The position numbers were made by a program, and so were the translations under genes. The notes beneath the pieces were generated by a model. The model was not told the DNA's origin, did no database searches, and was given only the letters and a program-made list of their open reading frames with translations. Below, piece after piece: positions 54,201 to 60,321 of a stretch of 64,000 nt of DNA (the first letter of the stretch is position 1; each line of letters begins with the position of its first letter). This DNA is from a virus. Location: the IMG/VR virus record IMGVR_UViG_3300046492_000369, positions 13,042-77,041 of that record. One strand, given 5' to 3'.

Positions 54201-55792
54201 CCAAGGGTCGCCGCATCCATCATGGGCACACGACCACGGCTACCTATGCTGGCCAGCTCAATGCTTCCACGATGGCCTCGATCGCGGCGGACAAGAAGGC
54301 CGGGATTCAATCCATGTTCAGGACCACTGGCTTCAATCCGGAAGCGGTAACCGAGAACCATCTGGCTCCGATCCTTGACCCGGCAGGTAACGTGGTCAAC
54401 TACCGCTACCTGATGAACGAGAACGTCAAGGATACGTTGCTGGACCGGGATAACCGTCCCGAACGTCTACTGGGTCTGCTGGCCGGTAATATCTACGACA
54501 AGGTCAAGTCGGAAGAGCAGAACAGGAAGGCAGTCAAAGCCCTGTACGACCAGTACAAGGAAGAGTTTGCGGAGCGTCCGGAGTCCTACCTGCGGGTAGG
54601 GCCGACCAGTACCGATCCCCAACTGCGGGAAGTGTGGGACATGTTACCCACTACCACCCAGAAGGCAGTGAAAGAGATCTGGGGTACGTCCGGTATGCTG
54701 GTGCGCCGGGATCTGATCGACATTAACTTCGGCTACCGCAAACTGTCGATCGCTGGCGCCTTCACCAAGGATGAACAGGAACGCAGCTTCATTGAAGGGA
54801 TGTTCGTGCAGATCATGGAAGCTGGCTTCCAAGAGAAGGCAGCCCTGCGTGCACGACAGGCTGAAGACATCTGGCAAGCGATCGTGAAAGCTGCCAAGGC
54901 CAATATGGTGGTCAAGTCGTGGTCCACAGTCAGTGGCAATCTGCGTTCGAACTTCTCGCAACTGCTGCTGATGGGGGTCAGCTTCAAGGACATCGTCAAG
55001 GGTCACCGGGTCGCCTTCAAGGCAGCATGGGACCACAAGCAGGATTCAGCCAAACTGTTTAACCTGCAGCACCAGCTCGATACCAAGTACTTTGAACCGG
55101 GCTGGAATGAAGCCAAGGCCAAGCAGGAAGTACTGCGCCTGACTGATGCGATCAACCGTAATCCGGTCAAGCCTCTGATCGATGCTGGCCTGATGCCGAC
55201 CATCGTGGAAGATGTGGAAGCGGACGACGAGATCTACTCGTACCAAGCTGGCTTCGAGAAGAAGGTAGATGAGTTCACCAGCAAGATCAACCCGCACGTC
55301 AAGGACGTGGCCCGGGAGGTGTTGATGGCCAAGGGTTCGACCGTGCACAAGGCCATGAATTACGTAACCCAGATCTCTGACTTTCTGGCTCGCTACACGC
55401 TGTATCAGGACCGGATTGCCAAGGGCATGAGCCATGAAGAGGCAGCACAACTGGCGTCCGATGCCTTCGTCAACTACGATGTCCCGACGCACCGGAAGAT
55501 CCAGTACGCTAATGATTCGGGCCTGCTGATGTTCACGAAGTACTACATTCGCATCCAGAAGATGATCATGCATATCTACCGTGAAAATCCGGGCCGGGCC
55601 ATGATGATGATCGCAGCCGAGCACCTGCTGATCGGTAACCAGCCAACGGTACTTGATGCCAGCCTGCTGGTACGAGGTCCGGGTCACCTGATCGGTGCCG
55701 GTGCACTGGACTACCCGGGTTCGTTGTCGGAGCTGACCACGATGCGGCTCTTGGCTGCACCGTTCAGCGGCTCCAGCTTCGTACCGCAGTAA
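45242..55792 (+). CDS. Virion-encapsidated RNA polymerase (N4 gp50-like), 3516 aa
   Basis: Size; no Cys seen; motif A VDGKTNGP, motif B RNLTKVPLTSFAFG, motif C VHDE; C-terminal FVNYD...GL.MFTKY. Confidence 0.95.
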   Translation: MSSSSIDKYFDKVTSELVDQKMEEVRAATDAKIAELNARIAGPHTPPPVEQAGVLRTAGDVGIKLAQGAVDLGQSVVGLGSLVTGGLIGEGMHAIGYDPERTNQILGEYLSDSQKAADAKVQQADGFIASIKAYLKNPRSIMGGIAESTPGMLGGMGVAGAAARRIGLKAAELAGGMETVAGQKAFQTAIEEAGAKLSALGAVTEGAQSAGQIADQAQAAGREYSDYALPALGAGALTAGIGAVSNKFFGDAATDFATGAKTLKGSRLAKLAKEGFSEGVTEEMPQSAQEQYFTNMAMGKDDLMEGVGNAAGSGLVVGAAMGVGMGGLHRSPTAKNSVKTTQDRQKFKEAAAKNDVSAYIDPQSPDYDLSKAVGVLLGHAMQDSTTPEVRQANLKQAGDIVAKLEEDHAKALQDVEAATPTGLDELQGQLSAVQDLLKKTDPQDKAKIATFNTMVEDLTAEIADASNNDKAKVAQTRASKLEQQLAAVRASDLGRQLDSARARFEGLATVAEPQATTAEVQDLLKQANSTDHTTATEPIQRIINLSMTQPDALSAKQAKYLANNKANGLTDEQRTHLRIFSEARMAENALSSTDKVQNDVLIGSDKNVGIVQYRSRIGAAIAAGNQAIANRQLGLLERFTNDQTSKAEAAQKAMTLGKGNQIVKLTDGTGWQVVLKEQALDEDKLRKNGGLTMDSPRLVENIQKEATALQATLAEMKSATQLKFGVQSVSSAKQSTPSKNNLPSKTVEDAARPSQGNGPSAAQAPSPASKLTSLQQAEAKHTRQEALVKEAQAKYEQRKAEREAKAKAKAAATEQQAVTSEASAAPAAEVATPAAVEKKDNQSSPVASPASEPSAPIAVADAPAQGTVPSLASATETQVEVKPTGLKVFRQKVTGLNGKMQEIFRQVNPIAQFLTQRTNSERYKTRLPLVAQPDFFTAIKNKTVTPFEFIEEGSKENTTPEVRHALRNMYENLKSWLPLIEQNIAVHNGNVDFKTEDMMQYLLEQDEQGKPIRAVEENVRTAIAYGAYSWFLEQAHSPEWKTMSDIAAMHGKDKETFVSDEGVAKLREMAHFEDRIIYRIGDRIVQALGLQAGPNAPQNILPRLRMALGTHALLLLEHPDVKLIERVSLPTKEVESYFGVGISDNEDSSITEDEIDNVAKLKESRNSYIKLWRDEDGLSLSGLGKGIKDADVGSRGAVDRLFGSDKAGRMPSTKPVEFTQKFAKGTRQLITKMQRKAIQETMNTPHTVIPEMMQLFSHLGRDTVLRIAGARDVDDGTVHSRYLRSVEAQNNNLINQYDNAWELITSYPEGTEFFVEQQVGKNFRGFFSNQALNQQTSKIHRVLFARPEWKTTIKLNDEAMVNEFKIAVAMSLGLKTDQQRNVTTLEEFNKVLKDQPGIMQAVELIRIGTLNDDPSVWTDEAKQLVEKVAGGKERMMSLQALVAYAKYQEALIDQNLMHKTGQDAADHSFEVTLLVGVDGKTNGPMLSHLALGAARDIDSFYALLNRGGFYSTEEGQPDHFSEWYERATSMDLYEDLGSRIVERVQGYVMENSALWALRKANYKESKKYFTEDHLKAVEMVTKQLIKDGKATKDMRNLTKVPLTSFAFGSSLKKSIQNMQDSFIDSFYSNIEKMAANKENGVKVRTYLTQINTLMDLGDYKLKSPVDVAMPIEALLKFELDHDQEVALRKAFNQVIGNSVREEMNSYFGTFMDRRTKLNNTIQSAYQVFEAAYASARVKEMERLMDEGEIASRISKANDGVETRVPLHDLTQAQEQALHAKVESLMPTMHSAYSIEANDLSSGLQMSKSKVTISDSPLYKNKTYTYKKVDHANGTSVAHLSSKAQTRVEQSPGVAGAAYSIHSTDSSIMHQMLLRVKGSLNVHDEGSNGVHKTRDVARGLNQATVETLLEYSPARESVFMLERVITNMAKQIREGTVDATAVKPLLENWANNYNKFAEDESEYLTPEQAADVTLQDAVTNAYMADHMRLTAYSMMKSADQYVWEGGQFNDEKAMATIRKRAEQKLAQLVEKGGSASKATLVDLAFLKEQYAKVKDQEITRPTWLDMKFKGEEQEADPVKPSKAVHNGVAVLGKPIVKSNPKLVEAFAAKPVMAVSEVVAVLRPLISNDFEKKLLAQLERTVNGKLEVRYVTKDTLLEQLKAPLDDNAAGAYQATSAAVTDQAIYVLSPDFVRSNLNTELLLHELTHAAVVFATRSPAEETKPLVQELQSLMEQAQKEMEATGVKGFDAAFANLDEFIAYGMTNSAFQNVLKGMEFQSSQNKSNKLVKAMKQFIDSVAGLLFGRKNESMSTGMGILLTNVAGLLESSAKQANAVTNIDPINLSMTTTGNSPRNLSTSDIYQALAQTNNGRVVSSEFATHLQGLLEGIVNKLHGPFGTFKEAVMQQVASNPEDVFFNALASGEAPFASESLAAGFAFTQQEAFVLEQVEAVVRAGMDTKDGVTSMAYRELAKLYNEIKATTKVEDFHSGDWATATQAEKDEAQALHDFIFNIKAGADGKSAYLSRFAAMGLAHEGFNKILHKATSIKDRNWTGLNFTERLNKIFNTIMDWFAGKLTLTYGGQPAHSKLTNLVEQLVQIEAKKRTVVQDRLKLLEPAEEALNKLTTAAKEKLEAFGKKDFFKLNSNPFIRAMGSLTSAYAGNRTELLMEGIQRMRDASLKGQQGVLASLVDEFRGSHDGNLMAKALLRVTKLIEGIRKDIIAGTGKAIMGSFANKGDDLNEDHKAAISAVFLRTDMASLLGHYTMADLMKLVNDPAAVSKEIAKQEAKLGTLNHAQGLNRFFINSAKALGYYKATGKVTAAHLLMNAENIARLHGTGIGSRITEADARAVAQVVDPLVSLYALAYSKTTHLDNARAVLKAEAARTDGGNGVEMVLKTHKALLDKSKAELFEGTEALFMKGYLPEVYDPYMNVVQATEKEGEQLVLQGYIKGAPLQRDMADPDQEQRHLYHLRDGGLKPYLSGIFSFTGMTAKGRRIHHGHTTTATYAGQLNASTMASIAADKKAGIQSMFRTTGFNPEAVTENHLAPILDPAGNVVNYRYLMNENVKDTLLDRDNRPERLLGLLAGNIYDKVKSEEQNRKAVKALYDQYKEEFAERPESYLRVGPTSTDPQLREVWDMLPTTTQKAVKEIWGTSGMLVRRDLIDINFGYRKLSIAGAFTKDEQERSFIEGMFVQIMEAGFQEKAALRARQAEDIWQAIVKAAKANMVVKSWSTVSGNLRSNFSQLLLMGVSFKDIVKGHRVAFKAAWDHKQDSAKLFNLQHQLDTKYFEPGWNEAKAKQEVLRLTDAINRNPVKPLIDAGLMPTIVEDVEADDEIYSYQAGFEKKVDEFTSKINPHVKDVAREVLMAKGSTVHKAMNYVTQISDFLARYTLYQDRIAKGMSHEEAAQLASDAFVNYDVPTHRKIQYANDSGLLMFTKYYIRIQKMIMHIYRENPGRAMMMIAAEHLLIGNQPTVLDASLLVRGPGHLIGAGALDYPGSLSELTTMRLLAAPFSGSSFVPQ

Positions 55793-55841
55793 AGAAAAAG
55801 CCCCCGATCTCGATTGAGATACGGGGGCTTTAGCGCACATG
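55793..55841. terminator. Bidirectional terminator
   Basis: AAAGCCCCCG...CGGGGGCTTT, with an A tract giving a U tract on the minus strand. Confidence 0.8.
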
Positions 55842-56270
55842 TTTACGCTGTTGCTTGGGTTCCCTGTAGGGCTACCCTCACGATGGAGGTGTGCGCTCCG
55901 CTGCTCGGCACTGAAGTATTTGTGGTGGCCGGGACGCAACCCCCGACTTAGCATAAGGCCACCCTAAGAGCTAACTTGTTACTGAGGGGTGGATGACCCC
56001 ACCACACGACTAGCGACTAAGCCGCTTCGACCGCAATCCGTGGCCTTTGGACCGGATGCTCAATCGCTATGCGTGTGATGGCCGGTCTTTCCCGGCTGTC
56101 AGTCGGTCTTTACGGTACCAACGCTCCGTGTTGGAAGTGTCTGTCCCTCTCCAACACAGCAGCACCATCAACCCATAAACCAGAGCACTCCCATGAACTG
56201 ATTAATGTAACAGTGATGATCCTGCTGTCTTGAGACTGCCCCAGTCCTATCTGGAAAGTGGGCAGTCTGG
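55842..56270. ncRNA. Candidate structured non-coding RNA region
   Basis: At least six successive stems (see findings); no convincing ORF. Confidence 0.4.
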
Positions 56271-56284
56271 GTACTACTGTGGTG

Positions 56285-56461
56285 CTATCTGTGGCTCCAC
56301 CAGTGTCGAATGACTGCTGAGAGGATCATGATAGCGCCGAGAATTCCGGCTCCAATTGCGATAACCGAAAAAGCTACCGAGATGATAGCAGCTCCTCCGA
56401 CGAGCGCACCCAGCAAGAGGATCGCCAGGATGATGGAGCCGACCCACTTGAGGGTGTTCAC
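56285..56461 (-). CDS. Small membrane protein (58 aa; different frame from the listed 56274-56465 ORF)
   Basis: GTG start; MNTLKWVGSIILAILLLGALVGGAAIISVAFSVIAIGAGILGAIMILSAVIRHWWSHR. Confidence 0.65.
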   Translation of the reverse strand: MNTLKWVGSIILAILLLGALVGGAAIISVAFSVIAIGAGILGAIMILSAVIRHWWSHR

Positions 56462-56476
56462 TCAACGAACCTTGGC

Positions 56477-56998
56477 TTAGCTACCGAACAAGCTGGTAGT
56501 CTTGACCGGGGTAGGTGCTGCTTCGGTTTGTACCTTGACTTCTTCATTGGCTTCCGGTTCCTTGGTGCTGGCAGCGGCCATGATGTCTTCTGCTTCCTTG
56601 AAGGCAGCAGTCACGGCAGCAGGTACTTCCACCGGGATACCGGCTTCCTTGATCTCTGCCAGCGTAGCCGGGGCAAGCACTGCTTCTTCGGCTTGACCAT
56701 CCACTTCGATCGCAGCTGCGGTCACGGCAGCCACTTCCTTCACGGCCTGCAGTGGGGTCACGGTAGCCATTGCTTGCACAGCAGCAGAAGGCTGGGCAGC
56801 CGGATAGACCATGTCATTACCATCCGTGTAACCCGGGATCTCGATGTCTTCGATCGTAACGCTGGCCGACAGACCATTGTCGCCTCGACCATGGGTGAAA
56901 CCCACTGCAAAGGTCTTGTTACGCAGCGAGAAACCCTGACGCTCGACGTACTGGCGCAGTGCTTTCTCGATGTCAGCTTGTTTCAGGATAATATTCAT
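56477..56998 (-). CDS. Conserved N4-like hypothetical protein
   Basis: M.I.LKQADIE.ALRQYV...G; Ala/Glu-rich tail ending SLFGS. Confidence 0.75.
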   Translation of the reverse strand: MNIILKQADIEKALRQYVERQGFSLRNKTFAVGFTHGRGDNGLSASVTIEDIEIPGYTDGNDMVYPAAQPSAAVQAMATVTPLQAVKEVAAVTAAAIEVDGQAEEAVLAPATLAEIKEAGIPVEVPAAVTAAFKEAEDIMAAASTKEPEANEEVKVQTEAAPTPVKTTSLFGS

Positions 56999-57030
56999 GT
57001 TGCTCTCTTTCGTAGTGGTGAAGCGGTTAA

Positions 57031-57630
57031 TCACGCTGCTTGCCTGAACTGCATCAGGTGCAACGACTGTTTGAAGCTGGTGGAGTTGATGCCAGCGTGG
57101 ATTGCTGCGACAGCATCGGCCATGTGTTCAGCCGTACTGGCTACTACGGTGGTAACGCCCTTTTGAGTCTGCATGGGCCACGGGGCGTCAGGGTGTTTCT
57201 TCATGGCCCAATCAATCATCTCGTCTTTGGTCGCCGTCTTCTTGCCGACCGAAACCATCTTGACTTCGTTGGGTGAGACTTCAAAGAAGGGAATACCCAT
57301 TGCTCGGAGTGCCCCGAGAACACCGATACAGAGCCCACAGGACATCGCAGCACGTGCGGACTGGGAGTTCACCGGGACTTCGACGAAAATCGCCTGTGCG
57401 CCCTGTGCTGCAGCCACAGCACCCCTAGCAAGGGTTTCAGCCGCCCCCAGGTCATGACTGTTCTGTCTGACCTGCTTGGCTTTCTCCGAATCGGTCTTGA
57501 CCACGTCTAACGATTCAATCTGAACAATCGAACCATCCGGGATCAGGATGCCCTTGGCGATGCCCCAGTTCCGCATGGATGGGTCAAAGCCCACCACCCG
57601 GATGCCGGATGAATTAGCCAGCGTTGTCAT
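57031..57630 (-). CDS. RuvC-like Holliday junction resolvase (N4 gp46-like)
   Basis: VGFDPSMRNWG, FVEVP..SQS, ATKDEMI.WA, EHMADA. Confidence 0.85.
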   Translation of the reverse strand: MTTLANSSGIRVVGFDPSMRNWGIAKGILIPDGSIVQIESLDVVKTDSEKAKQVRQNSHDLGAAETLARGAVAAAQGAQAIFVEVPVNSQSARAAMSCGLCIGVLGALRAMGIPFFEVSPNEVKMVSVGKKTATKDEMIDWAMKKHPDAPWPMQTQKGVTTVVASTAEHMADAVAAIHAGINSTSFKQSLHLMQFRQAA

Positions 57631-58174
57631 CGGCTTGCTCTTCTACGGACACACCAAAGGGCAGGTCCTTGAACACCTGCAGGGCGGTCAACACACCGGT
57701 ACGGAATACCTGCAGGTATGCGCCGTTAAGATCCATTTCGACGACTTCACCGGGCTTAGCAGCATCTTCGACCGAGATCGTGGTGCCTTCCGGGATCTCC
57801 AGCAGGCGGTTGCCGTGTTCCATGCACTGCCCATGCCAGTAATCAACCATCATGGCAAAGGTGTTGATATCTTCAATTGGCTTGGCACCGACCGGCACTT
57901 CGTTCTTGAAGACCGGGGTACCGGCCAGTTCAGGATTGAGCTCGGTAACCTTGCTCAGTTCTTCATCGGACGGGACCGGGAAAGCCACGATACGTTCGGT
58001 CAACACATCAGCGTAGGCCACCATGAGGCGGTTCTGGCCCTTCAGACGGTTCTGTTCAGCCAAATCGAGCTGGGCGAAGAGCGGGCTTTCAATGAACTTT
58101 TCCAGTGCATTGATCTTGGTATTGAGCTCGTCACGCTCAGTGACGACACGCTGTTGATGGGGAAGCAGCTTCAT
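57614..58174 (-). CDS. Hypothetical protein with N-terminal helical module (crAss001_48-like)
   Basis: PHQQRVV.ERDEL..KI..L..FI...Q...M..Y..VL.ERI; start ATG 58174. Confidence 0.65.
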   Translation of the reverse strand: MKLLPHQQRVVTERDELNTKINALEKFIESPLFAQLDLAEQNRLKGQNRLMVAYADVLTERIVAFPVPSDEELSKVTELNPELAGTPVFKNEVPVGAKPIEDINTFAMMVDYWHGQCMEHGNRLLEIPEGTTISVEDAAKPGEVVEMDLNGAYLQVFRTGVLTALQVFKDLPFGVSVEEQADDNAG

Positions 58175-58506
58175 TTGTCGAGCTCCATGAAGAGATTGAA
58201 ACCAAGCAGTTCCCACAGCTTGTCCTTGGCAGCCTGGCGGGCCTTGGAGATGGCGATGTCGGCACCAATCTGGGCATTGAAGTTCTCCGGAGAGACACAG
58301 GCACTATGGCCGGTCGCCAGATGAAAATGCTTCTTACCGTCCTTGCTGACCAGATAAGCATGGGTGAACGTGCTGGTGGTTCCTTCCGGTACCGTCGTCA
58401 CGTAGTCAACCCGCGACAGCAGGGCATTGACCTGTTCTGGGGAGATGCGGGGTGCTACGTAGGCCCGTGCTTCCTGAATGGCGCTTTCGATTTTATTGTC
58501 GTCCAT
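58171..58506 (-). CDS. Phage gp49/gp66-family protein
   Basis: APRIS.EQV...G.SACVSPENFNAQIG.DIA...A.DKLWELLGF. Confidence 0.85.
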   Translation of the reverse strand: MDDNKIESAIQEARAYVAPRISPEQVNALLSRVDYVTTVPEGTTSTFTHAYLVSKDGKKHFHLATGHSACVSPENFNAQIGADIAISKARQAAKDKLWELLGFNLFMELDK

Positions 58507-58596
58507 GGTTCCTCGTTGAGGTAAGAATGCTCCCCATGTAGACCATAGAGAGCACTTGGATACCAGCCAGCCATTGCTGGCCGGGTGCTGCTCTAC

Positions 58597-59373
58597 TTAA
58601 CCACCGAACAGGCTTTGCTTCGGCTTGGCTGTGCCGGTTGCCGCTGCTGCCGCACCCGGTTTGCCTGGAACACCTGCGGTACCCCCAGCCGAAGCACCTT
58701 TGGCTTTGTTCTTCGTCACGCCAGTCCACTTGGCTGTCCATGCATCGTAGAACTCAGCCTTCTCGGCCTTGGCCTTGATTTCGGTGGTGGTCTTGTTCTC
58801 ATGGCCTTCCTTGGCGCAGAAGAACTTGTCGATCTCGTTCTCTTCGCGGGTTTCACCAGTCGGTTCGTAGATCTTGCTACCAGGACTGGTTTCCTTGGTC
58901 TTGTCCACGGTCTGCTTGATCAGACCAACGACAACTTCCTGACCAATCAGCTCGGTCACTGCCTGCACCTTGGTGGCGACTTCAGCCTTGACTTCCGAGT
59001 TGTACAGCTTGATGACCTTCTCTTCGGTATCGAGCTCGCTGATTTCCTTGCCGGTGGTGAGCAGCGCCAGCGAGTTGGCCATGCTGTAGCCTGGCAGCGG
59101 ATAGTTCTCACCATCCTTGGTGTAGTAGGTCTTGTTACCTTTTTCATTACCTGAGGTCATCCACAGGATCTGGCGCACTTCACGGGCGCTGTCACCGACC
59201 AAGAGGGTCAGGAACAGGCCGAGGGCACCACCCTTGGATTTCTCGGTGTAGGCCATGCCGATCTTGGCACGGTAGGCACCCGATTCCATCGGGCCATTGC
59301 CACCGCCGAGGACATCTTTCTCATCGGCAATTTTGACGCCTTCTTCGGCTTTGAGGGAGGAGAGCAGACTCAT
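58597..59373 (-). CDS. ssb: Single-stranded DNA-binding protein (N4 gp45-like, late transcription activator)
   Basis: E.DVLGG, YPLPG, TGETREENEIDKFF; C-terminal SLFG. Confidence 0.85.
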   Translation of the reverse strand: MSLLSSLKAEEGVKIADEKDVLGGGNGPMESGAYRAKIGMAYTEKSKGGALGLFLTLLVGDSAREVRQILWMTSGNEKGNKTYYTKDGENYPLPGYSMANSLALLTTGKEISELDTEEKVIKLYNSEVKAEVATKVQAVTELIGQEVVVGLIKQTVDKTKETSPGSKIYEPTGETREENEIDKFFCAKEGHENKTTTEIKAKAEKAEFYDAWTAKWTGVTKNKAKGASAGGTAGVPGKPGAAAAATGTAKPKQSLFGG

Positions 59374-59492
59374 GATATTTCCTTTGTTTATGTTTAGTAT
59401 GGACGAAGTTGTTTATGGCAGTTGCATGAAGCTCTGCTCAACTCAATAAAACTGTATTGGATTGAGCAGTGTATTACAGAACTCTACAGCGT

Positions 59493-60230
59493 TCAACTGT
59501 AGTATTCGTGCAGTCGATCGAGAACTAACTGCATGTTGTTATCGATGTAGGTTTCCTTGGTACTGAACATGCCCAAAGGACCACGAATACGCTCGTTGAC
59601 GGTTTCTTTGGTCAGTTTGCACTGGAAGACGTACTTGAAGCCCAGTGCTTCCTCTTCAGGCGTGATCACCAGCAGATCATTCTGATAAGGAGTCAGATCC
59701 TTGATCTTCATCTTTTTGGTGGCCAGCACCAGAGAGAAGTAGGATTCAATGCCGTTGTTCTTCAGTGAACCCTGCACAGGTACTGATGTTTCCATGATCA
59801 TCTCGGTTTCATTCACCTTGTCGGCGGTATGAGCCAAGAAGATCACGTTCTTGCTGCATGCAGCAACTTTCTGCTGCATCAGGTTCTTGAAGTACTGGGC
59901 AAACTCGCCCCATGCGGCACGACCATCCTTTACCGTAGCGATGTACAACGATACATACATCTCCAGCAGATAGGTCAGTGTGTCGATCACAATGGTGTGA
60001 TACTTCGCTTGTTCGGGTTGTTCGAGCCAGTCGAACAGTTCAAACATCTGCAGAGGGTCGGTGATGACGAACTCTTTAAACTTGGATTTGAAGGGTAGTT
60101 TCTTGCCTGCCTCGCAGTTGGCATAAGCTACGCCTTCCGGGTTCTTCAGCCCCATGAGGGAGGCTGACTTGCCGGTAGCGGACTTGCCACCTACCAAGAT
60201 CAGGTTGTCATTGACTTGTTGTTGGGACAT
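59493..60230 (-). CDS. AAA ATPase (N4 gp44-like, Sak4-like)
   Basis: GKSATGKS, NCEAGKKLPF, IDTLTYL, GSLKNNGIESYFS. Confidence 0.85.
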   Translation of the reverse strand: MSQQQVNDNLILVGGKSATGKSASLMGLKNPEGVAYANCEAGKKLPFKSKFKEFVITDPLQMFELFDWLEQPEQAKYHTIVIDTLTYLLEMYVSLYIATVKDGRAAWGEFAQYFKNLMQQKVAACSKNVIFLAHTADKVNETEMIMETSVPVQGSLKNNGIESYFSLVLATKKMKIKDLTPYQNDLLVITPEEEALGFKYVFQCKLTKETVNERIRGPLGMFSTKETYIDNNMQLVLDRLHEYYS

Positions 60231-60293
60231 TAGTGCTCCAGTTGGGGAGTTGAAGAGAACAAAGCCAAGAGGCTTTGATACACAATCGCAGAA

Positions 60294-60308
60294 GTGCCCG
60301 GAGGGCAC
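60294..60308 (-). promoter_or_regulatory. GGA-triloop hairpin (vRNAP-promoter-like)
   Basis: GTGCCC-GGA-GGGCAC between the primase and gp44-like genes. Confidence 0.4.
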
Positions 60309-60321
60309 CCCTGTTCCTTTA

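Noticed and set aside
55842-56270. tRNA genes
   Set aside because: No GTTCGA T-loop in a cloverleaf context and no acceptor stem with CCA found by eye on either strand.
56274-56465. Tracked 63-aa ORF
   Set aside because: An overlapping frame (56285-56461) encodes a much more plausible two-TM protein.
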